A DNA stretch of 64,000 bases from Laetmonice hystrix (GCA_965235115.1 OZ249436.1:46006001-46070000); one strand, 5' to 3'. Shown: positions 1-12,429, numbered from the stretch's first letter. A program made the numbers and translations. Notes: generated by a model from the letters alone, not told the origin.

Positions 1-370
1 GGTTTTGTATGGTTTTTATCTTTTCTGGAGGGACAGGCCTCATTCCACAAATTACAGGATAGGATACAGTAGAAGTGGGCAAGTATTTGGATGAACAAAA
101 CTGATAATATGAAATGTGACAGTCGTTCGAAACGGTTAAATGCCTGTCCCTTTCCTACCCAATCTGGATTAAACACCAGTGAAGGATCCGAGATTATCTT
201 AGCGTGATTGCGAACTACACGTTATTACCTCCGTGTTTTATTTAGTGGTAGAGGGGCCGAGAACGGGGATACGAATACATTAATACAATCATGAAGGCAC
301 AACTTTATTGGTTCTGTATACTTTAACGAAAAATAACCATGTCTTCGTTGTTCTGAGTAACTAGATAGGG

Positions 371-1160
371 TAGGAGGTGGTAAATACTCACCGCCACCAG
401 CCAGTTTGGTACAGGCACTTTGTGACTAGATACATAGGAGGTAGATCTAGTAAATACTCACCGCCACCAGCCAGTTTGGTACAGGCACTTTGTGACTAGA
501 TACATAGGAGGAGGTAAATACTCACCGCCACCAGCCAGTTTGGTACAGGCACTTTGTGACTAGATACGTAGGATGTAGTAAATACTCACCGCCACCAGCC
601 AGTTTGGTACAGGCACTTTGTGACTAGATACGTAGGAGGAGGTAAATACTCACCGCCACCAGCCAGTTTGGTACAGGCACTTTGTGACTAGATACGTAGG
701 AGGAGGTAAATACTCACCGCCACCAGCCAGTTTGGTACAGGCACTTTGTGACTAGATACATAGGAGGTAGATCTAGTAAATACTCACCGCCACCAGCCAG
801 TTCGGTACAGGTACTTTGTGACTAAATACATAGGACGTAGATCTAGTAAATACTCACCGCCACCAGCCAGTTTGGTACAGGCACTTTGTGACTAGATACA
901 TAGGAGGTAGATCTAGTAAATACTCACCGCCACCAGCCAGTTTGGTACAGGCACTTTGTGACTAGATACATAGGATGTAGTAAATACTCACCGCCACCAG
1001 CCAGTTTGGTACAGGCACTTTGTGACTAGATACATAGGAGGAGGTAAATACTCACCGCCACCAGCCAGTTTGGTACAGGCACTTTGTGACTAGATACATA
1101 GGAGGTAGATCTAGTAAATACTCACCGCCACCAGCCAGTTCGGTACAGGCACTTTGTGAC
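371..1160. repeat. 64/70-bp tandem array containing the TM3 exon 3' end and its splice donor (12 copies including the genuine one)
   Basis: Unit aaatactcaccgccaccagccagtttggtacaggcactttgtgactagatacataggagg(aggt|tagatctagt) starts at 382, 452, 516, 580, 644, 708, 778, 848, 918, 982, 1046 and 1116. Confidence 0.97.
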
Positions 1161-1244
1161 CTTTACTTTTAAACATGTTGATAACGACAGCCGAGAGAAG
1201 CGTAGAAAACGCTATCATTATCATGTTGATACAGTAATATATAC
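1126..1244 (-). CDS. nAChR subunit exon: TM3 and start of the cytoplasmic loop
   Basis: Translates (G)IYYCINMIMIAFSTLLSAVVINMFKSKGHKVPVPNWLVA, i.e. TM3 plus the conserved P.W MX motif. Acceptor tttttcag, donor GTGAGT. Length 119 nt, phase 1/0. Remaining exons lie outside the window. Confidence 0.92.
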
Positions 1245-2774
1245 CTGAAAAATATAACGATAGAGATATTGTAACTTTGTAAGAATGAGACATTGAATCA
1301 CGCTGATTGTAGGGAAAAGTTGGCAGAGAGAAATTAAAAATAATATGGTACGATATCAGAGATTCATTGATACCGTTATATACTAATTGTTATGTAAGGT
1401 CGCTCTGGTATGATAACGGATTTCTTGTACATGGATCCACTGGAGACCTTCACCTCTATTATAGAGTATTGTTATATAACATGTATTGTTATAGGACTGT
1501 ACATAATACATGCAGGCCAAACCAGTAAGAATAGTTACAGTGGTAAAGTAAACGCTCCATAGGTTGGACCCATTGCCACAGAATCTTTGAACGAACAAGT
1601 TTTTTTATAAGATGATAATAGCACCATCTTTGCTGTTATCTGTCATTCTAATAGCTACCTTCTTGCTACATATACCTTCGGATGTTCTCCTGTTAGAGTC
1701 ACTGAATCTTTCATGATTCTGTGGCACGGCAATGTTGTGATTTGTGCCATGGACCGCGGTTTTCTGACCGACATGTTTTCATATAAAAACGACAGCTCCA
1801 GGGTGTGTGGCACGGAAAGAGTGCCCAATGACTAACGATCTTGGTTGTACATATTTACATCTTTATCAACGGAACCATTGTACTTCCGAGAACCAGGGAT
1901 GAGGATGGAAAGAGACCCCCCACCCCCCGCCCCCTGGGGCCAATCCCCTCCTCTTTTTCAAAAATGGCAAGGGTTCTTTCATAAGGCCGGTCGAAAAGCC
2001 AATGATACAAGGTGGCCCAGTTAGGAACCACCACAGATCTTCTGTGAGAGAAATCGGTACAGAATTCGTCCAAAAGATCGTCATCATTCCCCAGCTACCC
2101 ATTGTAGACGTGTACAGCAGCCCCGGCGCCGACAACCACTGTCCGACAATAACGCCCCCCGTCCCTCGCTCCAAGGCTGTAACGGTCGCGTGTGAGATCC
2201 AAGGATTTAGTGTGTTCTACTCGGCCTGGCCGCAGGGCCAACACTCAATCAGCCCCTCCCATTCAGACCCACTGGCCATACGGCGTCCAGAGACCATTAA
2301 TTATATTGACTGAGGAACAGGACCCCTTCCTATTTACACCAAGTACAACCAGCAAGACAATTCCCTGGCTGGTAACCTGTCGGGATTCGGTACGTTCGAG
2401 GGGTTCCTAACTCCGGGCAGCCCGGGGTAACAAGCCAGACACTCCCAGGGGTGATAATCGTAGAGCTAAGAAATGAGGTTAGAGCCTGGGGACTTGTTCT
2501 TTGTAAATCACTGCTGGGGAAATGTGGACCTACCCATTCTTAACGATTAACTCGGGAACTGGAATTACACGGGAGTACATTATGGCGGCATCATCTATTT
2601 CCTTTTCTTATCGTCTTTCTTTCTTTTTAAGGGGTGCGTCAGATTGATCGGAATAGCTCTGTTCCAACTGTACGAAACACTTCCAGAAGTACTCATCTAA
2701 TCGACTTAACCCATTGAGTTCCAGACTTGACCTTTGATATTTCCTGGGGCGGTGTACTGGGGTAAAAGGTGACA

Positions 2775-2930
2775 AGGTCTGGAGCGAGGTGGCCAGTGTA
2801 TGTCCGTGGTGGCAGGTCTGGAGCGAGGTGGCCAGTGTATCTCCGTGGCGGCAGGTCTGGAGCGAGGTGGCCAGTGTATCTCCGTGGCGACAGGTCTGGA
2901 GCGAGGTGGCCAGTGTATCTCCGTGGCGGC
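2775..2930. repeat. 39-bp minisatellite, about 4 copies
   Basis: Unit aggtctggagcgaggtggccagtgtatctccgtggcggc at 2775, 2814, 2853 and 2892. Confidence 0.95.
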
Positions 2931-3236
2931 GTACCGGGCCGTGGTAATCCGACCAAAGGTTATACAGGGAATTCTCAGAGGTGAGGATCGGAGATATACA
3001 TCTCAGTCTGACCTGGCCAGCCACTAGGGGTACTCACGTGGAGAGGGTCCATTATCTCCGGCCCACTTTTATCCTGTCACAGGTCCCTGTAGGATCCCAG
3101 GACGTGACAGGTCTCAAAGGGTCGAATTAGGCACGAATCATAACTTTGGATGCTGATATTGATAATTATTGTCATGAATACTTATTATTCAAGTAGTCCC
3201 CCGTGTACGTTAGTTTCTTTCTTCAGCGCCGATTTA

Positions 3237-3426
3237 AGCCGCTTTCACATGCATACGGTGTGCGGCGTGCGGCATGCGGCGTGCGTTTTTGTTAATAATG
3301 TAACAAATGTAAATCACCGCACGCCGCAAACCGGGGACATGTGAACGGTTATATCTATTTTCAGTTGTTCTATTTTTGCAAAAACGCACGCCACACGCCG
3401 CAAACCGTGTGCATGTGAAAGCGGCT
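3237..3426. mobile_element. PIF/Harbinger-like MITE
   Basis: TIR agccgctttcacatgca.acgg / ccgtgtgcatgtgaaagcggct. TTA direct repeat on both flanks (3234-3236, 3427-3429). No coding capacity. Confidence 0.8.
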
Positions 3427-3435
3427 TTAATCAGG

Positions 3436-3640
3436 TTGTGTTGGTTAAATATCCCAATTGGACGTCACTATGACGTAACAGTGACGTCACTGAAGCCACA
3501 TGATTTCGGAAAAGGTGGTCGAGCAGTTTGAGTACGATTGTGTTGGTTAAAAATCCCAATTGGACGTCACTATGAAGTAACAGTGACGTCACTGAAGCCA
3601 CGTGTTTTCGGAAGAGGTGGTCGAGCAGTTTGAGTACGAT
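3436..3640. repeat. 102-bp tandem duplication containing TGACGTCA motifs
   Basis: ttgtgttggttaaa.atcccaattggacgtcactatga.gtaacagtgacgtcactgaagcca... occurs twice with period 102. Confidence 0.9.
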
Positions 3641-4145
3641 TTGATAGTGACTGATACCTTCTCAGCGAGAGCCCATTTAGGTCTTTTTAAAACGATATTT
3701 TATAGAAGTAATGTGGCTATCCCTTTTATATGACAGAAATGCTGAATCACCTTTGTCGGCTGGCCCGTCATCAGTTTATGTGTAGGATTTAGTCGTACAA
3801 TCCATGCTAGATGACTCAGACGTTACCAAGCAACGTGTCTGAAAGTGAAACCTTTGTATCGCGCCCCTCCTGCTTGCACACAGCCCTTGGTTGGTGAATA
3901 GAACGCTGATAGATAGGCAGCAGCCGGGGGTGTTTGACCGCTACAGGCGGTCAGGTCATGCTGCCATTGAAACCAGCCAACCCCGGCGACGCCCGGAGAG
4001 CCAGAGACCGGCTCTCCGGGTACACGCCGCCCGACTCCGAGCCCAACGGCGCGGAAAGAGATAGTCGGTAATTTTTTCATACAATATTTAATAATTAAGG
4101 ACGCTGCGCCTTGAGCTGTTTACGATGGTGTTGTCCTTCCGATCG

Positions 4146-4263
4146 GCTGCGCCATCAGGGCAGGCCTGGGGTCAGCTGCGCCATCAGGGCAAGCCTGGGG
4201 TCAGCTGCGCCATCAGGGCAGGCCTGGGGTCAGCTGCGCCATCAGGGCAGGCCTGGGGTCAGA
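4146..4263. repeat. 29-bp minisatellite, 4 copies
   Basis: Unit gctgcgccatcagggcaggcctggggtca. Confidence 0.93.
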
Positions 4264-5078
4264 TTGCAATACTGTCACGGCAGTCAGCCCCCCCCCCCCA
4301 ACCGCCTTTTATTGCGTTTCTTCAAATTCACTTAATCAAATTGATAGGATACTATGGACACGCCTGATCCTGTCCTTAAGGACCCCAGAGAAGTAGGACT
4401 ATCCACCCCAGAATACAATTCGTAGAAGGTCTGTCATCGTTGATTCCCGGAGGTCTAAGAAAACAATCATGTTGCTTTGTTAAAATGTACTGAATGTTGT
4501 ATGGTGGCGAGCCGGGTTTTTCCAGTTCCAAGCAAAAGTTCAGACTTCAAGGAATTACCAAGAAATAATTAATTTGTGTGTCGTGCCCTTCAAAGGACGG
4601 GGTAATCCTTTGGTGATTTGTTACCGAGAACGGTTTCTGGGGTTTTTGGTCTTGACAGCGTTATCAGGCTGAGGGAGATAATTGGTTCTCGGAAACCAAA
4701 CCCATGCTGTATACCGTCACACTGTAATACAACACAAAACAATGCACTGGCAAGGCCGTACGCAGCCAACTATTGCTATAGGTTCGGGCCGATGTCCTAA
4801 GGAGTAACTATGACATTTTATTTTCCATTTAAAAGGACATCTGCGGGTCAAAACGAAGACGGGGGTGTGGTCCCTGGTCCCCTGTCCCCCCATGGCAGCT
4901 CTTAACTCGAGCAGGACGGTCCCCTTTTCGAATTTACAGCGCCCCCCCCCCCCCCAAAAAAAACCAACAACTTAAGTTGTTGATGAAGTTTAACGCTAAG
5001 ACCAGTCCGTCGCAAGCGTTAAGTTATACATGATGAAGAACTTATAAAGTTTTGATAAACTGAACCCGATTCACTTAC

Positions 5079-5165
5079 CTAGCAATGATATGGAGCGTGA
5101 TGTGGGTGGTGACGACTGCACCAGAATGAGCAATAACACGAAGAAACTGGAAAAAAGACTCATAC
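5079..5165 (-). CDS. nAChR subunit exon: TM2 and TM2-TM3 linker, 87 nt; not in the ORF track
   Basis: Manual translation gives (G)MSLFSSFFVLLLILVQSSPPTSRSISLL(G). Acceptor atttcag, donor GTAAGT. The 87-nt phase 1/1 exon matches the alpha7-type TM2 exon structure. Confidence 0.94.
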
Positions 5166-5263
5166 CTGAAATCACAAGTTACACCACCTCAGCAAACAGT
5201 ATGGATACACGAACGTCAACGAGTTCATACCTGAAATCACAAGTTACACCACCTCAGCAAACA
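5160..5263. repeat. 39-bp direct duplication of the TM2-exon splice acceptor
   Basis: tcatacctgaaatcacaagttacaccacctcagcaaaca at 5160-5198 and 5225-5263. Confidence 0.92.
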
Positions 5264-5890
5264 CGGATAGAGAACAGTAACTGTAGCATGCTGTCGGAGT
5301 AGATCTACTCTTATACAACATACAACAATAAGGAAGATGGGCTAGGTGCGGTTTCTTTTTAAATGTCAATTATAGACTTGCAGTCTCTCCAATAGAATGT
5401 GTAATCAAATAATAATAAAATATCGCTATACAGATCATTTTAATTGTATTGCTTACTCGACAGCCCTATTTGATTTATGTACGCGGGTTTTTTTTAGATT
5501 CAACAAACGCATTTAGGAAGGAAGAGTAAAAATCCATTTCACCCATACGAGAGATTCTATCTGTAGCGAGAGTTTGAGAGTCCATGTTGGTGTTCTCATT
5601 TACTCTGAACATACACAATTCATGTCTTGTCTTACTGTTCCTTTGTTTTACTATGCTACCACATTCTGTAATCTTCCTAATAGAAGTGGACTGAATTCCC
5701 ATGGTGATCGACTGATGTCATCTATCATGTGTGGTTGTGGCATTCAGCCCAGGCCGAGCCCCAAACCCTCCTAAATCTTGTGAAATTGGACACAGAAACG
5801 GGCTTCGGACAATTGTCTCGTGGCTGATATTTATCTGTCGCTACGCGCAGCAGTTTTCGGAGCGTTGTCTGTCTGATGGAAACAGGGCCC

Positions 5891-6040
5891 AGAGAGAGAG
5901 AGAGAGGGGGAGGGAGGGAGGGAGGGAGGGAGGGAGGGAGGGAGGGAGGGAGGGAGGGAGGGAGGGAGGGAGGGAGGGAGGGAGGGAGACAGAGACAGAG
6001 ACAGAGACAGAGACAGAGACAGAGACAGAGACAGAGAGAG
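5891..6040. repeat. Compound purine microsatellite (GA)n(GGGA)n(GAGACA)n
   Basis: Directly visible. Confidence 0.95.
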
Positions 6041-8558
6041 GATCATTCTAAAGTCTCTAACAGGAATGCTTTATATAGAAATCATGGCTGGAATGTTTCT
6101 CATCAGATAACAATGGGTGTTTGAATGATCGCATCAGATCAGAACAAAAAGATCAAATTGCCTGTCAATAATCTTCTCGGGATTGTCTCATTCCAGTGTC
6201 AGTTTGAACGGGGAGTTCCGTTTTGTTTTCTCGAGTAAAATGAGGGGCTAGTAAAACTGCGATGTTCTAAAACCGTAAGTCTAGCCTCAAACCTACCACA
6301 TGTGTACCCCAGTCACTGTGCTCTGAAGGTGATCCAGAAATCCTGTAACTCAGCAAGGACGGGGAGCAGTTTTTGATCATTCATAGGTTCGCGACTCCGA
6401 TCTGATTTCGAGCACACCCTCGGTCAGTTTGATCGAGGGTCGTTGGTAATCTCGGATTCAACTTTTATTTGTCAGTTATTTCTCCTCCCTTGTGATGACG
6501 AACGAGTCGGGCACAGTTTCTACACATTGTCTCATGGACTGTTTTAGCAGTACTGTTTCACACAGATAATAATGCCAATACAGTTGTAACAAACTATTGA
6601 CCCTGTGTCGTCTGCTAGTCGCTCTACTTTATGAAGTTGCTATCATAGAGGGTTAATTATTTCGATACACGAAACATTGCGCCAAAGTTTACCCCCAACC
6701 TCCGTGATACAATCCCATATTTGTATGCAATAATGTGTATTGGGATTTCCGGAGTAAACAAAATTATAAAAAAAGATAGCGAGCCGTGTGTAGGACCATT
6801 TTACAAAGTTGTTATAATGATTGGTGTGAAAATCACAAATCAGTGCGAAATCCTTCATCCATCTTCTTCCCCTTCGATAGGAATCAGGGAGCGTTTTTAC
6901 TTACAAATGGTGTATAAAGAGTTTTATCAGCTGTTATTACTCCTGAGTGAGCAATGATATAACATTCAGCCTGCCATACTTTCTTACAGCTACATTTATC
7001 GTTAAAAGGGAAAACGTGTATAAAGGATCGGTACGCCTTGAAAGTCACCCTGACACTAATAGAATAGCGCTCCTGGTCACATTGTAAAAACCCGCTTAGA
7101 TAAGTGCCAGAATCCCAGTTCTCGGAGATTGATTTTTTAAAACATTCTTTACAATATGATGATGGATGTTTGCTTCCCCCATTTCGCTAGTAAGTGGATA
7201 ATTGTTCAGTTTATCGACAATGTGGAATGTTTTACATGATGCGATTTCTTTCCTGTCGGATATTTACTCTCCTATTGCCAAGAATTTTGCTTGCTTATTC
7301 TAAGCTCACCTAAATGGCATTTGAAATATAGAGTTTACCCTCTCTCTGTCTGTCTCTGTCTGTCTCTGTCTGTGCCTCTGTCTCTGCCTCTCTCCCTCTC
7401 CCTCTCTCTCTCCCTCTCTCTTTACGATGAATATTCGCCCTGTCTGATATTCACAGAATAAAGAATATTATTCTTAGTTTTATAATTATCAAAACAACAC
7501 ATCAAACCGCCGACATGTATTTTAGTTATGTCAGTACGTCGATCATTTCGACAGTGACTGAGAGGATAAGTGATTATCAATCAGGACGAAGACATTTATT
7601 TTTTAATATGAAATGTTTTCTATTGTACTGAATCTCCCTCACTCCTTATCTCAGCTGTCAACACATTATACATAATACAAGTTCCTTTTAAATTGTTGAG
7701 ACTCTCCCTTAAAGACTGGAGCTGCTATACCACGTCCATACTCCTCAAACTCTGTTATAGTTGCAGGGTTATCCCCCCATGGTACTCCCCCACAAAATTG
7801 TTTGTTAAGGGTTCTGGTTAAGGTCAGGGATAGGGATAGAGATAGGTCTGTGGGAGGTAGGGACCGGGGTTAGCGGCTAGGGATAAGGTCAGGGCTATGG
7901 ATCTTTACTTCCGATCAAATTTCGTGGATTTTAAGTTATCAAGGCGGATATACAAGTTGGAGGGGTTCAGAATGAATGCCAATTGGCTACAGCTACTGGA
8001 CATAGAGAAGCCAACCGGGGGCGTGTAACACCGGCTGCCCCAGCATCGATCACCGCGTATCCACCATTATCAGAGAGAGAATTCGAGTATTCAGATATCG
8101 AACAGAGAGCTCAAACTCGGCACCTTGAAACGCTTCCAAATAATGCCTGAAGCGAGGGAGAACCTACAGGGACTGGTAGGGCATGTCATTATCAAAGGAT
8201 GTTGGTCAACAAATAGAAATAAAAGCTGTCAAATTATCAACCAATAAATCCCTGCCACACCCAGTAACCCTGGTTTAAAAAAAAAACTGCTGCAAACCTT
8301 TTATACAGGTTTTATGTTTTTCATGACAGTTAATGTCTGAGCTATAATTTAACCACGCTGACTAGAATGTCTCCTATATTTCTCAATTCATCACTTGAAA
8401 TAGGACAACTGACAACAGATGGAAGGGAAAGTGATTTAGATCCTACACGAATGCCTATACGTCTGGCGTATGATTAATATAGCTTTACTCCTCTAAGTCT
8501 GAGGGTTCCCCCCCGGATCTCTGATAGAGACCTATAATTATTGTAGTTCCATACTCAC

Positions 8559-9019
8559 CCAAGCCTGTCCTGTCTGGACGTTGCGGGGGGAACCAGAACA
8601 TGACAAGTGTAAGACACGACAGGAGTATACAAGGCAGAATGAGTACAACGATATAGAAGGCTGTGCGCCTTTTGATCGTAATGTAGTAGATTAGTTCTGG
8701 GTATGGATCATCTCCGCAACACGTGTACTTCCGTACTCGCCGTATTCCGCGCGCGTGTAATATATCCCACTCTGAGGACGGCATGAACTCCGCCATGTCA
8801 ATGTCACTCGTGTTCCCCAGGAAGTTCAGGTCGACCTTGTGGCCGTCGTATGTCCACGAGCCGAACTTGAACTTACACGTTTGCTCGTCAAACGGGAAGT
8901 TGGTCATATCAACCTCGCAGCTACTCTTGTAGATGGAGGAGGGAATCCATTTGACTGTGCCGTCACTGAGAACGGCAAGCAACTCGTGATGGACTTCACG
9001 GTCGTACTGCTCGTCAGCG
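8559..9019 (-). CDS. nAChR alpha subunit exon: Cys-loop, loops B and C, TM1
   Basis: Cys-loop CEVDMTNFPFDEQTC, loop B FGSWTY, loop C YTCCGDDPY with vicinal Cys (defines an alpha subunit), TM1 FYIVVLILPCILLSCLTLVMFWFP, ending PPQRPDRTGLG. Acceptor tttgcag, donor GTGAGT. Length 461 nt, phase 2/1. Confidence 0.97.
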
Positions 9020-11420
9020 CTGCAAACAAACACATTTTATCGTGATTATAGAATTAATTGTAACTAATAACTGGGTTTTAATCAAATAAAGAGTGGAGTT
9101 AGATACGGGGATACGGGGAGTAACTGTGTAAGGAGTAACGGAGACACTCATTCAAGGCTATAACAATTTAAACATAATCATATTAGTACTAATATACATG
9201 GCAGTGGCTGCTGAAGATTTTCTTGCTACATCATGTTTAATCCTTGTTATTAAAATTCCATGCATATCATAATTTTGTTATTTTACTGGTGTCAATTTAT
9301 GGTGACATGAGCATATATTCCACATTCACGTTCCTAATCGTGCCACTCAACCTATCATTAAATCTCATTTCTAATTCCAAAACAAAGAAGTCCTATCATC
9401 CTATATCAGCCAGGTCTCTGGGATACTTCTTTGGTTAGCATTGAATAACGTTATTAAATTATTCATATTTTTTCACAGCTTACTATAATACAAAGGCCAG
9501 GCTATCCTGTTAGCACTCTGCATTGTCTTCCAGGCACATTAATGGCCTTTGTTGTTTTATTTCCCAGTCGACTTTCTCATTACTGGTCTCAAATTTCATC
9601 TCATCCGATTGGACAGGTTCGCATGTATAACTTATAGATGGTTGTCAACTCGAATCAGCGGATGCATGGTGGGATGTATACGTAGGGATGCTCGTGGGAT
9701 CTGGGTTCAGACTGTGCTGTAAATGAGTTGGTGTTTTTTCACAGATTCTCCAAACTATAACTTCTTGTCCACCTTCCTGGCTTCTTCCTTTTCTTCTTCT
9801 TTTTCTTCTTCTTCTTGTACTTTTGATGCGGGGCTACTCGCTGACGATCTAATATTGTGCAGAAAGTTCCATTTTGCCGAGCATACATATTTCGTCGGAC
9901 CAAGGCCGCCATATTGTGTTATGGCGCCTTTGATAAGGTCGTCTGCCGATCGATGGGATCCAGAATCCGCACTCTCCCGATCCCCGCCCGATACATTTTT
10001 CATCCCGGTCCCACTGGGCTAAAGATAACCACTAGAACAGTGATATGAAATCATTGTATCATCACATAGTTACCGTTTATCATTCATTCTAACATCTCCC
10101 AATGTTTGTTTGGGTGGAGATAGCGTCCGGCCGTTCAGTGAATTCCGAACATTGGTTATACTTTGTTAGATGTCCTCTAGCGGGAATGGGACAATGATGA
10201 CAGGACGAGCTGGCCCAGACATTGTCACACTAACATGGCGTCGGTTACTGGTTTCCCCACGTGATTCCATGGCAGCACCATCGAGACACATCCTTCACTT
10301 CCGTATTCCCCTTTCTCGCCTTCCTCTGGCAGGGCGGATAGGTTCGTACCACTGGCTCTGCCCTGTTTGAAGGGCTAACTGTCGGAGGATGAGGGTTTTT
10401 GAACAGGCACTGTCTTTAATCATGAATGGGATCCCTCTCGATCAAAGCGATCGATGTATGGCAGGAGATCATGGGTGGCAAGACACCAGGGGCGCCCTCT
10501 ATGAACCTCGCCCCTCATTAAGAGGGCCTTGTGTTAGCGGAGGACTTCCGGAAGTAGCAGATACGGCACCTAGCCCTGCGCAGGCGCCGTTGGCTGGATG
10601 AAGGATTATTTTTTTGCTGCGTAGTCACATCCGTCCGAACTATAATATAACCTCGTTCTCGCCCGGCTGGGAGTCACCCACCGGTACTCCATTCTTTGTC
10701 TCTGCCTGCTCGACTGTTAAATAATCCCAGGAGGACGATGACCAGCCGCTCCTAATAAAATACAGGTTCGACCGGCGGGCGTGGCGCTAGGGGAGGTGGC
10801 TGGTTGTAGCGGGGCAGGGAGAACTATTACCCCGCCCTCTGTGTAAGGGTAGCAGCCACCCGTGCCCACCCTCTGGCACGGCCCTCAGGTTCCTGGACAA
10901 CCCGACTACACGTTCTATTGTATTGATTGGGTTCAATGCAGAACGAACACCCCATTAACAACCCTTGTCCCCCTACCGCCAGCGTTATAAACAATTGTAG
11001 CCACCCTCAGCCACAGCCCACATCTCAGGAGGTTTCCTGCATGCTCATATAGTCGTTCATATTCACAAGTTAATGACAACCGTTCTGCTGCCTTCATTTT
11101 GGAAGTGCCTGCTGCATAGTGATCAGACTTTGATCGCTCCCTAATCGGTTAATCCAGTCAGCCTGGATACTTTGGTCATTGCTCACCGTCCTCATGTATT
11201 AGGGGAGTTTGTAATGAACTCAGCTGGCCGGGAAACGACTTGCAAACACTCAACACTTACGACACTTCTAATTAAACATTCGTATCTACCCATGCCGTTA
11301 AACTCATCCTCACGCCTACTCGATTCGATCTAGTTATTCGTGTTTCCTTTTTTCTGTTGTGTTTCGTTTTTATCGTGTCCATATACATATAGATGTGATT
11401 AAAGTTACAATTCAGCAGTA

Positions 11421-12429
11421 GTGCAGATGGTGGTTGGCGATGGCTGATACTGATGCCTGTTACAAATCAGACACTGCCGTCGTGCAGATGGTGATTGGCG
11501 ATGGCTGATACTGATGCCTGTTACAAATCAGACACTGCCGTCGTGCAGATGGTGATTGGCGATGGCTGATACTGATGCCTGTTACAAATCAGACACTGCC
11601 GTCGTGCAGATGGTGGTTGGCGATGGCTGATACTGATGCCTGTTACAAATCAGACACTGCCGTCGTGCAGATGGTGGTTGGCGATGGCTGATACTGATGC
11701 CTGTTACAAATCAGACACTGCCGTATAGTGCATATGGTGGTTGGCGATGGCTGATACTGATGCCTGTTACAAATCAGACACTGCCGTCGTGCAGATGGTG
11801 GTTGGCGATGGCTGATACTGATGCCTGTTACAAATCAGACACTGCCGTATAGTGCATATGGTGGTTGGCGATGGCTGATACTGATGCCTGTTACAAATCA
11901 GACACTGCCGTATAGTGCAGATGGTGGTTGGCGATGGCTGATACTGATGCCTGTTACAAATCAGACACTGCCGTATAGTGCAGATGGTGATTGGCGATGG
12001 CTGATACTGATGCCTGTTACAAATCAGACACTGCCGTCGTGCAGATGGTGATTGGCGATGGCTGATACTGATGCCTGTTACAAATCAGATACTGCCGTCG
12101 TGCAGATGGTGATTGGCGATGGCTGATACTGATGCCTGTTACAAATCAGACACTGCCGTCGTGCAGATGGTGATTGGCGATGGCTGATACTGATGCCTGT
12201 TACAAATCAGACACTGCCGTATAGTGCAGATGGTGGTTGGCGATGGCTGATACTGATGCCTGTTACAAATCAGACACTGCCGTCGTGCAGATGGTGGTTG
12301 GCGATGGCTGATACTGATGCCTGTTACAAATCAGACACTGCCGTATAGTGCAGATGGTGATTGGCGATGGCTGATACTGATGCCTGTTACAAATCAGACA
12401 CTGCCGTCGTGCAGATGGTGGTTGGCGAT
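11421..12429. repeat. 61/63-bp minisatellite, about 16 copies
   Basis: Unit gtgcagatggtg(g/a)ttggcgatggctgatactgatgcctgttacaaatcagacactgccgt(c|ata). Confidence 0.97.

Noticed and set aside
7805..7900. TTAGGG-like tract as an interstitial telomere
   Set aside because: It is too degenerate (ggttaagg, gataggg) and more likely part of an old repeat.
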